Shown here: positions 1 to 11,238 of the stretch, piece by piece
How the letters are laid out: the number at the start of each line of letters is the position of its first letter
Numbering within the stretch: position 1 is the stretch's first letter
Assembly: GCF_018350175.1 (NCBI RefSeq)
Contig: NC_058368.1
Span: 116,128,001-116,192,000, forward strand
Origin: Felis catus
Taxonomy: Eukaryota
DNA: 64,000 nt
Direction: 5' to 3'
Notes under the pieces: model-generated
Told to the model about the DNA's origin: nothing
Seen by the model: the letters and a program-made list of their open reading frames with translations, nothing else
Database searches by the model: none
Program-made: the position numbers and the translations under genes

Positions 1-136
1 GGGAGTAAGTGCTCCTGAACCGCTCGCGTTTGGAGTTCTGCCTGCTGCAAAGCTCAGCCTTGGTGTCTCCTTCCCAGGGCGGCGAGGTGCCTGGAGTCCT
101 CATGAGTAAGCAAAGCATTAAAGAATGTAGGGGTTT

Positions 137-582
137 GGGGAGTGCCTGGTGGCTCAGTCGGTTGGGCATCCAGTGCTTGATTTCAGCTCAGGTCATGATC
201 TCGTGGTTTGTGGGTTCGAGCCCTGTGTTAGGCTTGTGCCGGCAGCGCGGAGCCTTCTTGGGATTCTCTCTTTGCCCCTCCCCTGACTGCGTGCATGTTC
301 TCTCTCTCTCAAAATAAATAAACATTAAAAAAAAAATTTTTTTAAGAATGTAGGGGTTTTTGGGGCGCCTGGGTGGCACAGTCGGTTAAGCGTCCGACTT
401 CAGCCAGGTCACGATCTCACGGTCCGGGAGTTCGAGCCCCGCGTCAGGCTCTGGGCTGATGGCTCGGAGCCTGGAGCCTGTTTCCGATTCTGTGTGTCTC
501 CCTCTCTCTCTGCCCCTCCCCCGTTCATGCCCTGTCTCTCTCTGTCCCAAAAATAAATAAATGTTCAAAAAAAAAAAAAAAA
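137..582 (+). mobile_element. Two tandem CanSINEs (137-345 older; 362-582 young SINEC_Fc-like)
   Basis: tRNA-derived head GGGGCGCCTGGGTGGC, (CT)n region, AATAAA and A tail; target motif gtaggggttt occurs three times. Confidence 0.92.
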
Positions 583-589
583 GGTAGGG

Positions 590-1105
590 GTTTTTGTATA
601 TGGTGAAATACTCAGAACATAAAATGTATCGTTTTAACCATTTTTAAATATACAGTTCATTGGCCTTAAATACAGTCGTATTGTATAGCCATCACCACCA
701 TCCATCTCCAAAACTTACTTCATCTTCTTGAAAACTTACTCTATACCTATTGAACAATAAGCCCGTCTCCAGCCACTCCTAACCACCATTCTACTCTCTG
801 CCTTAGAAGTCGGTCCATTTTAGGTATCTCTTGTAAGTGGAGTCATACAGTATTTGTTCTTTTGTGATAGCCATATATGTGTTAGCATCATGTCCTCAAG
901 GTTAGCCCAAGTCATAGCATGTGTTAGAATTTCCTTTTTTTAAGGCTGAATACTATTCCATCATATGTATTAACCATGTTTTGTTTATCCATTTCTCCGT
1001 CAGTGGACACTTGGGGGCTTCCGTTTCTGGCTTTTGTGAATATGCTGCTTATAAACATGGGTGCATAAATACCTGTTCGAGTTCATCCTTTCAGTTCTTA
1101 TGGGT
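590..1105 (-). mobile_element. Old L1 3' end fragment (L1M-type)
   Basis: Antisense L1 3'UTR motifs (accaccattctact, gtggagtcatacagtatttg, tttatccatt...gtggacacttgg). Confidence 0.8.
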
Positions 1106-3304
1106 CAAAGTTTTAAAGCACAAGCAGCAAGATGTCTTTGAAGGTCATTTTCTGATAAATTGCCCTTCTCCACTGAGGGCTAGGCTTACAGACCAAAAGT
1201 TAGCTTTACTCACCATCTAATTTTAGACTCCAACTTAAGCACCACTTGTAACATCAAGCTTCATTTTGATATTTGATAGGCTTCTACTGCGCATTACAAC
1301 TCCAACTTAGTTGGCCACTTCTTTGTGATTGTGGGGGCACCCTTGTCACTTGCTGGTGGACGTTGGTAGTGTCCTTATTAGAGCTGGCTTGCTCTAGGGG
1401 TGCATGCTCTTTCTGACTTTGCCCCTCCTGACCCAAGTTGGGCTGGCCTTTTGACCTTGTCTCTGATCTGGCTCCATTTGGGGACCTGAAACCCTGAGCC
1501 CACTGACAACTGAGGCTGTTGAGACCATTTTTCTTCCACCCGTGGCAGCTTTGTGAGGCACAGTATTCTCTCCCATCTCTGCTGGTTCTTGTAATTTGTC
1601 TTTATTTCATCCAGATCTTATACAGCATTTAACATTATTAGAATTATATGTAAATTTTTTTCATGGGGGAGTACAATATTTTTCTAAATACTTTGGTGTT
1701 TGGGGTTGCCACAGGGACTGGTTTTCCCTGTACCAGTTTAAACCTAGTCCAACAGCCCTTGGCAACTGGTGAGGTGTACACACCTGGGGGATGATGGGCT
1801 TTTGATGGATTCAGCGGTCCTGGCATGGGTCTCTACCTCTTGATGAGACTTCTTTAGGCCAGACTGCCAGGTCAGTTAGGAAGTAGAGATGGCTGGTTGT
1901 GAATTTTTTTCTTGATGGTTATATGGTTATTCTCTTTATTAATTTCTTAATAGAAATTCTCCATATCCGCACTTGAGCCAACCACAGCTCTTTTGCATAG
2001 TTAAGGACGTTAAGAATCAGTGTCCCGGTAGACTTTGAGCCCACGACATGATAAAACCGTGGGCCATGCAGCCCTTATAAAATGGGGCCAGGACCCTGTC
2101 TCTGTGCACTGTAGCCATTTATCCTTGGCTGAGAGGCTTTTGCTGGTGCAGGTTAATGGAGACTGCATGCTCCCCGTTCCCATCCACCCTGCGCTGGCCT
2201 TCATGCGTCTGGCCCAGCAGGAGAACGAGGAGAACATTCTCTGCTACTTTTCTGCTCTTAGGGCTGTTACCCTCTGCTCTGGCGCATGGCTGCAGGGCCC
2301 AGGAGGGGGAGGATCAAGCCATATCTTGTTGTCAATGCATTTTCATCTCTTTGGGGCCTCGCTTACAGATAGCACTGTCAACCCTGCTTTTTTGCAGGTG
2401 AAGACACTGAGGTTATGAGAGGTGAAGGGGAGGGCCGAGTCAGAGCAAGCCGCCCTGGAGCCTAAATCAAGAAGGAAGGAAGGGAGTGTAGAGGAGTCTG
2501 GGCTGGGGATGAGTTGAGAGAAGGCATCAATACATGCTTAGTACTGTGGCCATTGTTTTAGTCTCCTGACGGTTGCTTTATTTGGCTTTGCTTTAGATGC
2601 TGGAGGATGAAGGGACAGGTTTGCCAGAGAGCAGATCAGATGCTTCTCAGAGAATCAGAAAGATGTGGGTGGGGCGTGGAAGAAGAGCCGTTCACACAGT
2701 AACCCAACCTCAAGTTAGGTCTCCGTCCTAAACCCTGGGAGGGGCCTGGTAATGAATCAGGCAGCTATTCCTGGAGCTGACGTGGAGGAAAGGGGATGCT
2801 CCTCTGCTCTGGGGCAGGCGAGCCATTCCTCGGGCAGGGACAGAGAAGGAAGAGCTGGTTCAAGGAGCGCACAGACAGATCCTGGAGGTGGGCTGTTGTC
2901 TGCATTCACAGATGTCACTGTCTGTACAGCCTCAGGGCTGGAGGTGCCTGTGAAACCCACAGTGGGGTTTCACTGCTGGAATGGGTGGCCGCAGAGCCCA
3001 GTGTGCCCAGGACTCCCGTCGGGGGGATGGGTTGTCACTAGGCATGAGCCTGACAGGGTACAAGTGTCTCTGGCCCTTGGATTACAGGCCCTGTGCTGTT
3101 GTCCTGTTTGTTCCCATGCTGGCCAGGTCCTTCTGTCCCAGACTTGGGATCCCAGCTCCCTGTCCCCTGCTCTTGGAAGCTGCTCTGTTCTGGGCCCTGC
3201 TGGAGTTTCCCAAGGTCATACTTGCCAAAGATGTGACCATGTCCCCCTGATCCTGAGCTCTGATGCCATGTGTTTGAGGCAAAAAGAAAAGTGCGTGTGT
3301 GTGT

Positions 3305-3329
3305 GGGGGGGGGGGGGGGGGGGGGGGGG
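3305..3329 (+). repeat. G25 homopolymer (others: G19 at 14792-14810, C run at ~61495-61513)
   Basis: Direct reading. Confidence 0.9.
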
Positions 3330-3734
3330 TGTATGTATGACATGAGTTGGGGTCAGGGTAGGGCCTTGTGCTCCTGGCATTTCCCCCTCCAACATTTTAT
3401 GTTCTCCCACCATGGGTCTGCTAGAAGTGGGGCCTGGCTCTGTTCATTGACCCCCTTCCCTCAGAGTGGCTTTGGGCACGTGCCTGCCTGGGGCTGGACC
3501 TGTCCTGTCCTCCAGACAGTGAAGAGCCAGCTGGCCTTAGGGTCCTTTGCTCCCAGAACAGCCTGTGACTCTGCTCCCTGGCCTCTGGTTTCTTTCTGAT
3601 GCTTTTCCCCAGAGTCAGGTGAGAGCCCCCTTCTCTCTGCCTATGTGGACCTGTCTGAAAGAGGCCCACTAAGTCAGGGGAGGGGTCTGCCTGCAGGGTC
3701 ATGGTCACTTGAATAATAGTGATAATATCAGGGA

Positions 3735-3940
3735 ACATTGATCGAAAGCTTTACAATGTGGTAGGCACTGTGCTAAGTATTTTATAATGTGCCTGGTCTC
3801 CTGATTTTCTCAACAATCGGTGGGGTGTAGATTATCAATGTAGTCCTATTTTACAGCAGAGGAAACTGAGGCTAAGAGAAGCGGTCACCTGCCCAAGGTT
3901 ATGTGGCCAATGTGTAGATGAGCCTAGTTTAAATCCAATT
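3735..3940 (-). mobile_element. MIR SINE
   Basis: MIR core attttacag..gaggaaactgaggct..cccaaggt. Confidence 0.75.
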
Positions 3941-6451
3941 GGATAACATCATATAAAAATCTTTGTTCTAAAATCCTAATTGTGGTGTCTAATACTAAAT
4001 TGGAACAGGGTGTCTTTGGGAATTGTGACCAGAATTGGAGAGACAGTGTCAGGTGGGAAGGGTTCCTTCTCTGCTACTCTCTGAACTTCCCATGTCTGGA
4101 ATCTGAGAACCCTGCTGCCTTCTACACACATACTCACTCTCACCCTCAATCTCTCTCACTCTTCTGCTGAACCTCAGGTTCAGGTTCCTTGGAAGAGATG
4201 TTGGAACAGCAGAGGCCAGCTGTAAGAGAGGAGGCTAGGGAGACAGGGACAGAACTTTTCTGAGAACACAGCTAGTGCCCTCTGCAGGCTGTGTTTTGGG
4301 TGTTGGAGGGTGGGGCATAGAGTAAATCGAGCTCCTGCGTGGCCTGGTCTGTGCTGGGCAGTCTGTCCACGGGACAGGTGGTACTGCTTGCCCACCGCGG
4401 CAGTGAGTGTTGCAGGAGGTTCACGGCACCTCTCTCTGCTCTGTGTGTACAACCTTAAGTGGGCTCCTGCCTCCTCACCGCAGAGCTGTCCTGTCCCAGC
4501 TTTCCAGGGACCACAGTTCTGCACCCACCTAAATACAGGCCTTGGTGCTTGAAGCCCAGAGGAAATTCACCACGTAGAATTAACACTTTTCTTTGGATTA
4601 TCAGTCATTCAGGTACTACCCTTTACACTGTGCATGTGCCTAGAGGTAGCTTCCCCACAGTCAGAGAGGAAGCACTGGCCCCACCTCTCACACAGTATTC
4701 AAAGGTCTCCTGAAAGGGGCTGTGATACGTGAGGCCAGTTGAGTCTGCAAAAGCAAGGCAAGGTACCTGAGGCCCTCAACAGGCTAGGTAGCAGGGCTGC
4801 TGAACAAGGGCAGATACACACCCCTGGGGTCCATGCAGTCTGACTGTGAACAGTCCAGATAGCCAAGGAGAAAGTGCTATAGGAAGGAGGAACCTTGCTC
4901 TTTGAGCAAAGGAGTGACATGCTGGGCAGGTACGTGCAGAACAGTGGGTGTGTGCTGCGTGAGAGGAGAGTCAGGAAATAGACATGTGAATGCTACCTTC
5001 TAGCTGATTTTGGACAGACCACGTAGACTTCTCTTGAGCAGTTGCCTCCTCTGTAGAATGGGACCACAGTGTGTTCTTCACATGGGAATATGCAGGGCTC
5101 TACAGACTTCAGTCTGATGACAAAGACAGCAATGATGAGGGTGGAATCTAGGAGCAGTGGACTGGTACCTTGGCTGAGGTGGCGTCCATCCCATGTCCCA
5201 ACAATCTGGGGTGTTATAAGGCCCCAAAGGCAGAACAGAAGAGTGGAGGGGATGTTTCCAGGAAAGCGAAGATGAACAAGCCCAGTGACCTTGTTGCCAG
5301 TGTCAAAAGAGGGCCAAGGGGTGAGATGGGCACTATTTTCAGGGTCAGATGGGTAGGCACTGAAGTTTCTGACAGGTATACTGCTGAGGTGTGACAGACA
5401 GGGGTGTGGTGGGTGGAGGGGCTCTGCTGAGGAAGCCAGAAGAGAAAGAGCATGATGTTCACCTCCAGGAGTGAGCAAAGAGCAGAGCCGTGGGGGTTGT
5501 CAAGGGACCTGAAGACGCCCCTTGGAAGATCATGGAATCTTCTGGGGTGTACATAGGGACTGGCTGTCCCTTCTCCCTTGGTGCCCTCTTTCTCTAGGCC
5601 TGGGCTCAGGTGGGCTCCTGACACCTGCCCAAACCTAAACCCAAACTCAACATGGAGGAACAGAAGAGGCTGGGGTTTGGTGATTTCTGAAATGCCACCA
5701 GCTGGTGATGGTGGAGAGGGAGGAACCTTGGCAGTGGCCTGTTTCTGATGCACGGGGCTCAGCCTTAGGAACTGTACCAGTTTCAGGGGTGCTCTCTGGT
5801 CTCCGAGCTCCTTGGAGGGAGTGGGGAGCAGTGATTTGAATATGCTGCTCACTGGGTTTGCCCTGAGAGAGCCAGCAAGGCCTGAGAGGAGTCAGAATTG
5901 CATTGAAGACATCATTGATAGGGAGGGCTATGGGTCACAGGAGCAAAGTCAGGTTATGAGAGGAGCAAAAATAACTGGGAGCACACGTTAGGTGGAGTTT
6001 GGCCAGGGTTGGGGTGAGGGTGGCACTTTCTAAGTAACAGTGACACGGGGAAGACAGTCTGGGACTAGGGTGGGTGCCACCAGGGAGCCAGGGTGGTCAA
6101 TACCCACTGCCCCCAGACACTTGTGGTAGAGGCTAGTAGGGGTCCAAGGTGTGCTGAAAATGGACAGGTCCTCCCTCCTGCCAATAGGACTCGGCAGTAA
6201 CAGTCCAGAAGAAGCAAGCTTTGAGTGTGGCTTTGGAATCAAAGATTCACTTTCCTGGATTAAGGAAAATGTAAAATGCAGATGTAAAATCCTCTACCCC
6301 TTGCCACATCCTGACCTTTAAGTTTCTTGTATCCTTTTGGAAACTTATTTCTGTATATGTGTGCATCCTTTTCTTCGTACAGATCAAATAAGGCATGCCA
6401 TGTACCTTGCTTAATTTGTTGGCAACATGGAAGAACTGCCTAGTTCTTTTT

Positions 6452-6652
6452 AATTTTTTTTTAATGTTTATTCATTTTTGAGAGACACAGTGGGAGCGGG
6501 GGAGGGGCAGAGAGAGGAGACAGATTCCGAAGCAGGCTCCAGACTCTGAGCTGTCAACACGGAGCCCGACACGGGGCTTGAACTCAAGAGCTGTGAAATC
6601 ATGACCTGAGGGGAAGTCGGACACTCAACTGATTGAGCCACCCAGGCACCCC
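6452..6652 (-). mobile_element. CanSINE with TSD cctagttctttttaa
   Basis: Antisense SINE body; TSD copies at ~6439 and ~6655. Confidence 0.9.
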
Positions 6653-6888
6653 TACCTAGTTCTTTTTAAAGACTGTTTAGTTTTCTGTCTTACAGTATGT
6701 GTTGATTTAGCTAATCAGTGTCCCATTGATACTAAGGTCATTGTTAATTTGGGGTTTTGATATAGCAGACACACTATACCCATATCTGAACATTGGGACA
6801 ATTATTTCTGTAGGAAAAACCCTCAGTGTGGATTTTATGAGTCAGAACTATATGCACTGCCCCCTATCTCTTTAAAAGGGGTTCTGCC

Positions 6889-7125
6889 GGGGTGCCTGGG
6901 TGGCTCAGTCCGTCAAGCGGCCGACTTTGGCTCAGGTCATGATCTCACGGTCCGTGAGTTCGAGCCCCGTGACAGGCTCTGTGCTGACAGCTCAGAGCCT
7001 GGAGCCTGTTTTAGATTCTGTGTCTCCCTCTCTCTCTCTGACCCTCCCCCGTTCATGCTCTGTCTCTCTCTGTCTCAAAAATAAATAAACGTTAAAAAAA
7101 AATTTTTTTTAATAAATAAATAAAA
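6889..7125 (+). mobile_element. CanSINE
   Basis: Full head, CT repeat and A-rich tail; flanking ggttctgcc duplicated. Confidence 0.9.
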
Positions 7126-7619
7126 TAGGTTCTGCCAGTTCACACTTGCTGATAGTGTTTGAGAATTAGAAATGATGCTGGTGACATAGAATTAGAAACG
7201 ATGCTGGAGCCGTTGTGAGAATTAAATGAGATAATGCATAAAGCTTTCAGCCAGTGCCTGCCACACCAGGCTGAGAACAGGGCTCACTGCAAACTGGACC
7301 ACTTTGGACAAGCCTCAAGTTAGGTGCCGGGTTGGGTTTCATTGTCAGCTTGGGGCAGGGGAGGCGTCAGTACACAGTGGTCTGACAGCTGCTGAGCCGT
7401 CCCCTTCATTCACACGTTTAAGAAATGTTTAGTGAATGCCTGATGTGTGCCAGACACTGGAGCAGAGATGGAGCAGGGAAGCAGACAGGCATGGCTCTGA
7501 CCCTCTGGAGAGGGTGGGAGTCTCCGTGGCTTGTGCTAAATACTACCTGCATAGGACGCTGCTACTCGCAGTCTCCTCTGACTAGGTCTTTCTCTCCCCT
7601 GCCCCTGCCTTGCCCCCAG

Positions 7620-7732
7620 TGTACGTGGTGGAACGGGAAAGGAAGATGGACGTGGACACCGGGTGTCAGGCAGCCCTGGCCGCGTGTTGGACTGCCCTGT
7701 GCTGCTGCTGCCTCCTGGACAACTTGAATTGA
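7620..7732 (+). CDS. CYSTM1: Alternative (duplicated) terminal coding exon of CYSTM1: (V)YVVERERKMDVDTGCQAALAACWTALCCCCLLDNLN*
   Basis: Polypyrimidine tract and CAG acceptor (7617-7619), candidate branch CTGAC 7578-7582, same phase-1 start (TG TAC GTG GTG GAA) as the canonical exon, intact frame to TGA 7730-7732, 22/37 aa identical to the canonical exon, AATAAA at 7781. Confidence 0.82.
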
Positions 7733-7780
7733 GCAGTCGGGACCCAAGTGCTCCCTCCAGGCCCACTGCCTTGTTACTGG

Positions 7781-7786
7781 AATAAA
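7781..7786 (+). terminator. Poly(A) signal of the proximal CYSTM1 terminal exon
   Basis: AATAAA ~50 nt after the stop, followed by a T-rich downstream tract (7810-7824). Confidence 0.7.
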
Positions 7787-8600
7787 CAATTAGTGCTGCA
7801 CCACTTCCATTTTTTCTTTCTTTTAAAAGTACCTAACCTACAGTCTTACATTTTAGCACCTATGACAGGTGTGAAGTGGCATCTTACTGTCTTTTTAACA
7901 TAGTGACTCAGTAGTTCTATTCACTGTGCAGTGCTCACCACAATAAGTACAGTCACCAGATGTCACTGTATAACATTAATATGCTGTCACTGACTGTATT
8001 CCCTATGCTGTATTTTTCATCTCTGCCACTAACTTATAACTAGAAGTTTGTACCTCTTAATCCCTTTATCTCTTTCACCCATCCTCCCCACCCACCTCCC
8101 CTCCTGCAACCCGCGCTTCTCTCTCTAAGACTGTTTATTTAATTCTACATGCAAGTTGAAATCATTTGGTATTTGCCTTTATCTGACTTATTTCACTTAT
8201 CGTAATACTGAGTCCATCCATGTTGTCACAAATAACAAGACCTCGTTCTTTTTCATGGCTCAGTAATGCTCCACTGTGTGTGTGTACACGAGTACACGTG
8301 TCTCTGGGGGGGGGGGGGTGTTTTTACATGTGCCACATCATCTTTATCCATTCATCTACGGATGGGCACTTGGGCTGCTCCCATGTCTTGGTTACCGCAA
8401 ATAATGCCACAATAAACATAGTTCAATTAGTGTTTTTGTTTTCTTTGGGTAAGTACCCAGTGGGAGAAGTACTGGGTCATATGGTAATTCTATTGTTAAT
8501 TTTTTAAAGACCTCCATACTGTTTTTCACAGTGGCTGCACCAGTTTGCATTTCCACCAGCAATGCACAAGAGTTGCATTTTCTTTGTTTTAAAGATTTTT

Positions 8601-8819
8601 TTTTAATTTTTTTTTTCAACGTTTATTTATTTTTGGGACAGAGAGAGACAGAACATGAACGGGCGAGGGGCAGAGAGAGAGGGAGACACAGAAACGGAAA
8701 CAGGCTCCAGGCTCTGAGCCATCAGCCCAGAGCCCGACGCGGGGCTCGAACTCACGGACCGAGAGATCATGACCTGGCTGAAGTCGGATGCTTAACCGAC
8801 TGCGCCACCCAGGCGCCCC
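8601..8819 (-). mobile_element. Young SINEC_Fc-like CanSINE
   Basis: CpG-rich, near consensus; perfect TSD tgttttaaagattttt (8585-8600, 8820-8835). Confidence 0.93.
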
Positions 8820-11195
8820 TGTTTTAAAGATTTTTAAGCATTCTCCACACCCATTGTGGAGCTCAAACTCACAGCCCTGAGATCAAGAGTCTCTCAACTC
8901 CACTGAGCCAGCCAAGAACCCCAAGGGTTCCGTTTTCTTCACATCTTTGCCAGTGCTTGTTGATTCTTGTTTTGGGGGATGATCACCATATTGACAGGTA
9001 TAAAGTGATACGTCATTGTGGTTTTCATTTGTATTTGCCTGATAATTAGTGATGTTGAGCATCTTCTTATCTGTGTATTGGCCATCTGTACATCTTCTTT
9101 GGACAAATGTCTATTTAGGTCCTCTGCCCATTTTTAATAGAGTTAATTATTTTCTGGGTGTTGAGTTGTATGGGTTCTTTGTAGCTTTTTGGTGTTAACC
9201 CCTTTTGGGATATGTCACTTGCGAGTATCTTCTCCCATTCAGTAGGCTGCTTTGCCATTTGGTTGATGATTTCCTTTGCTGTGCAAAAGCATTTTCTTTT
9301 AATGTAATCCCAGTAGTTTAATTTTGCTTTTGTTTCTCTTGCCTCAGGAGAAATATCCAGAAAAATGTTGTTAAGGCTGATGCCAAAGATTACTGCCTGT
9401 GTTTTCTTGTAGTTTATGGCTTTAGGTTTTTAATCCATTTTGAGTTTATTCTTGTGTATGGTGTAAGAAAGTGATCAGTTTCATTCTTCTGCATGTAGCT
9501 GTCCAATGTTCCCAGCACCATTTATCAAAGAGAATGTCTTTTCTCCATTGTGTATTCTTGCCTCCTTTGTCATAAATTAATTGACCATATAAGCGTGGGT
9601 TTTTCTAGGTTCTCTATTCTGCCCCACTAATCTCTGTGTCTAATTTATATGCTAATACCATATAGTTTTTTAAAAACTGAAATATAGTTAAAACACAGTC
9701 TCAGGTGTACAGTAGTGATTTTAGAAGTATATACATTATGTTTTGCTCACAAGTGTAGCTACCATCTGTCCCCATACAACAGTGTTACAATGCCATTGAC
9801 CATATTCTCTCTGCTGTGCCTTTCATCCCGTAACTTATTTCATAATTAGAAGCCTGTATCTCCCACAACCCTTCACCCATTTGCCCATCCCTCATTTCCT
9901 CACTCACTCTGGCAGCAGTTTGTTCCCCTATATTTATGGATTTGTTCTTAATTTATGTTTTGTGTTTTAGACTCCACATATAAGTGAAGTCATATGGTAT
10001 CATCTATCTCCATCTGACTTATTTCACTTAGCAGAGTACCCTCTAGGTCCATCCATGTTGTTGGAAATGACTAGATCTCATCCTTTTTTTTTTGTGGCTA
10101 AATACACACACACACACACACACACACGTACATACAAATATATGTATGTATATAGGGATATATATAAAATATCCATCCCATATCTTCTTTATCCACTCAT
10201 CTATTGATGGACAGTTGGGACTGCTTCCATCTTGGCTATTATAAATTATGTTACAATAAACATAGGGGTGCATGTTATCTCTTCAAATTAGTTTTTGGTT
10301 TCTTTGGGTAAATACCCAGTGGTAACTGGATCATACTATAATTCTTTTTTAAAGAAATTGCTTTTAAGTTTATCCATTTTTAGAGAGACAGAATGTGAGC
10401 AGGGTAGGGGCAGAGAGAATCCCAAGTAGCCCAGCTTTGCGCTGTCAGTGCAGAGCCTGACGCAGATCTTGAACCCATGAAACTGTGATACCATGACCTG
10501 AGCCTAAATCCAGAATCATATGCTTAATTGAGTCACCCAGGCACCCCTTTTTTAAGTCTTTTTGAGGAACCTCCATACTGTTTTTCACAGTGGCCGCATC
10601 AATTTACCTTCTACCAGCAAGGCACAAGGATTCCATTCTTTCCACCTCCTCACCAGCATTTGTCATTTTTTGCCTTTTTGATTCTAGCTATTCTTACAGG
10701 TGTAAGGTGCTTTGTCATTGTGGGTTTTTCATTTTTCTGATGATTAGTGATGTTGAGCATTTTTTCATGTGTCTATATGTCTTTAGGAAAATGTCTATTC
10801 AGGTCCTCTGCCCGTTTTTTTTTAATTTATTTTTTTATTAGCATATAGTGCAACAATGATTTCAGGAGTAGGTTCCTCAATGCCCCTTACCCATTTAGCC
10901 CATCCCCTCTCCCACAACCCCTCCAGTAACCCTCGTTTCTTCTCCATATTTAAGAGTCTCTTATATTTTGTCCCCCGTTTTTATATTATTTTTGCTTCCC
11001 TTCCCTTGTGTTCATCTGTTTTGTCTCTTAAAGTCCTCATATGAGTGAAGTCATATATTTGTCTTTCTCTAATTTTGCTTAGCATAATACCCTCCAGTTC
11101 CATCCACGTAGTTGCAAATGGCAAGATTTCATTCTTTTTGGTTGCTGAGTAATAACTCCACTGTATATATATACCACATCTTCATAACTCCATTT

Positions 11196-11238
<43 letters not shown>

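Noticed and set aside
362..440. tRNA-like A/B boxes
   Set aside because: These are CanSINE heads, not tRNA genes
2752..3345. 197-aa ORF containing ALCCC, a possible third CYSTM exon
   Set aside because: No VYVVE start, no CW, no matching acceptor or nearby stop; runs into poly-G; likely chance ORF in GC-rich intron
5214..5852. 212-aa minus-strand ORF
   Set aside because: Non-ATG start, no recognisable homology or exon structure
7162..7207. Short direct repeat agaattagaaa(t/c)gatgctgg
   Set aside because: Only two copies, an ordinary small duplication; not a CRISPR-like array, and the DNA is mammalian
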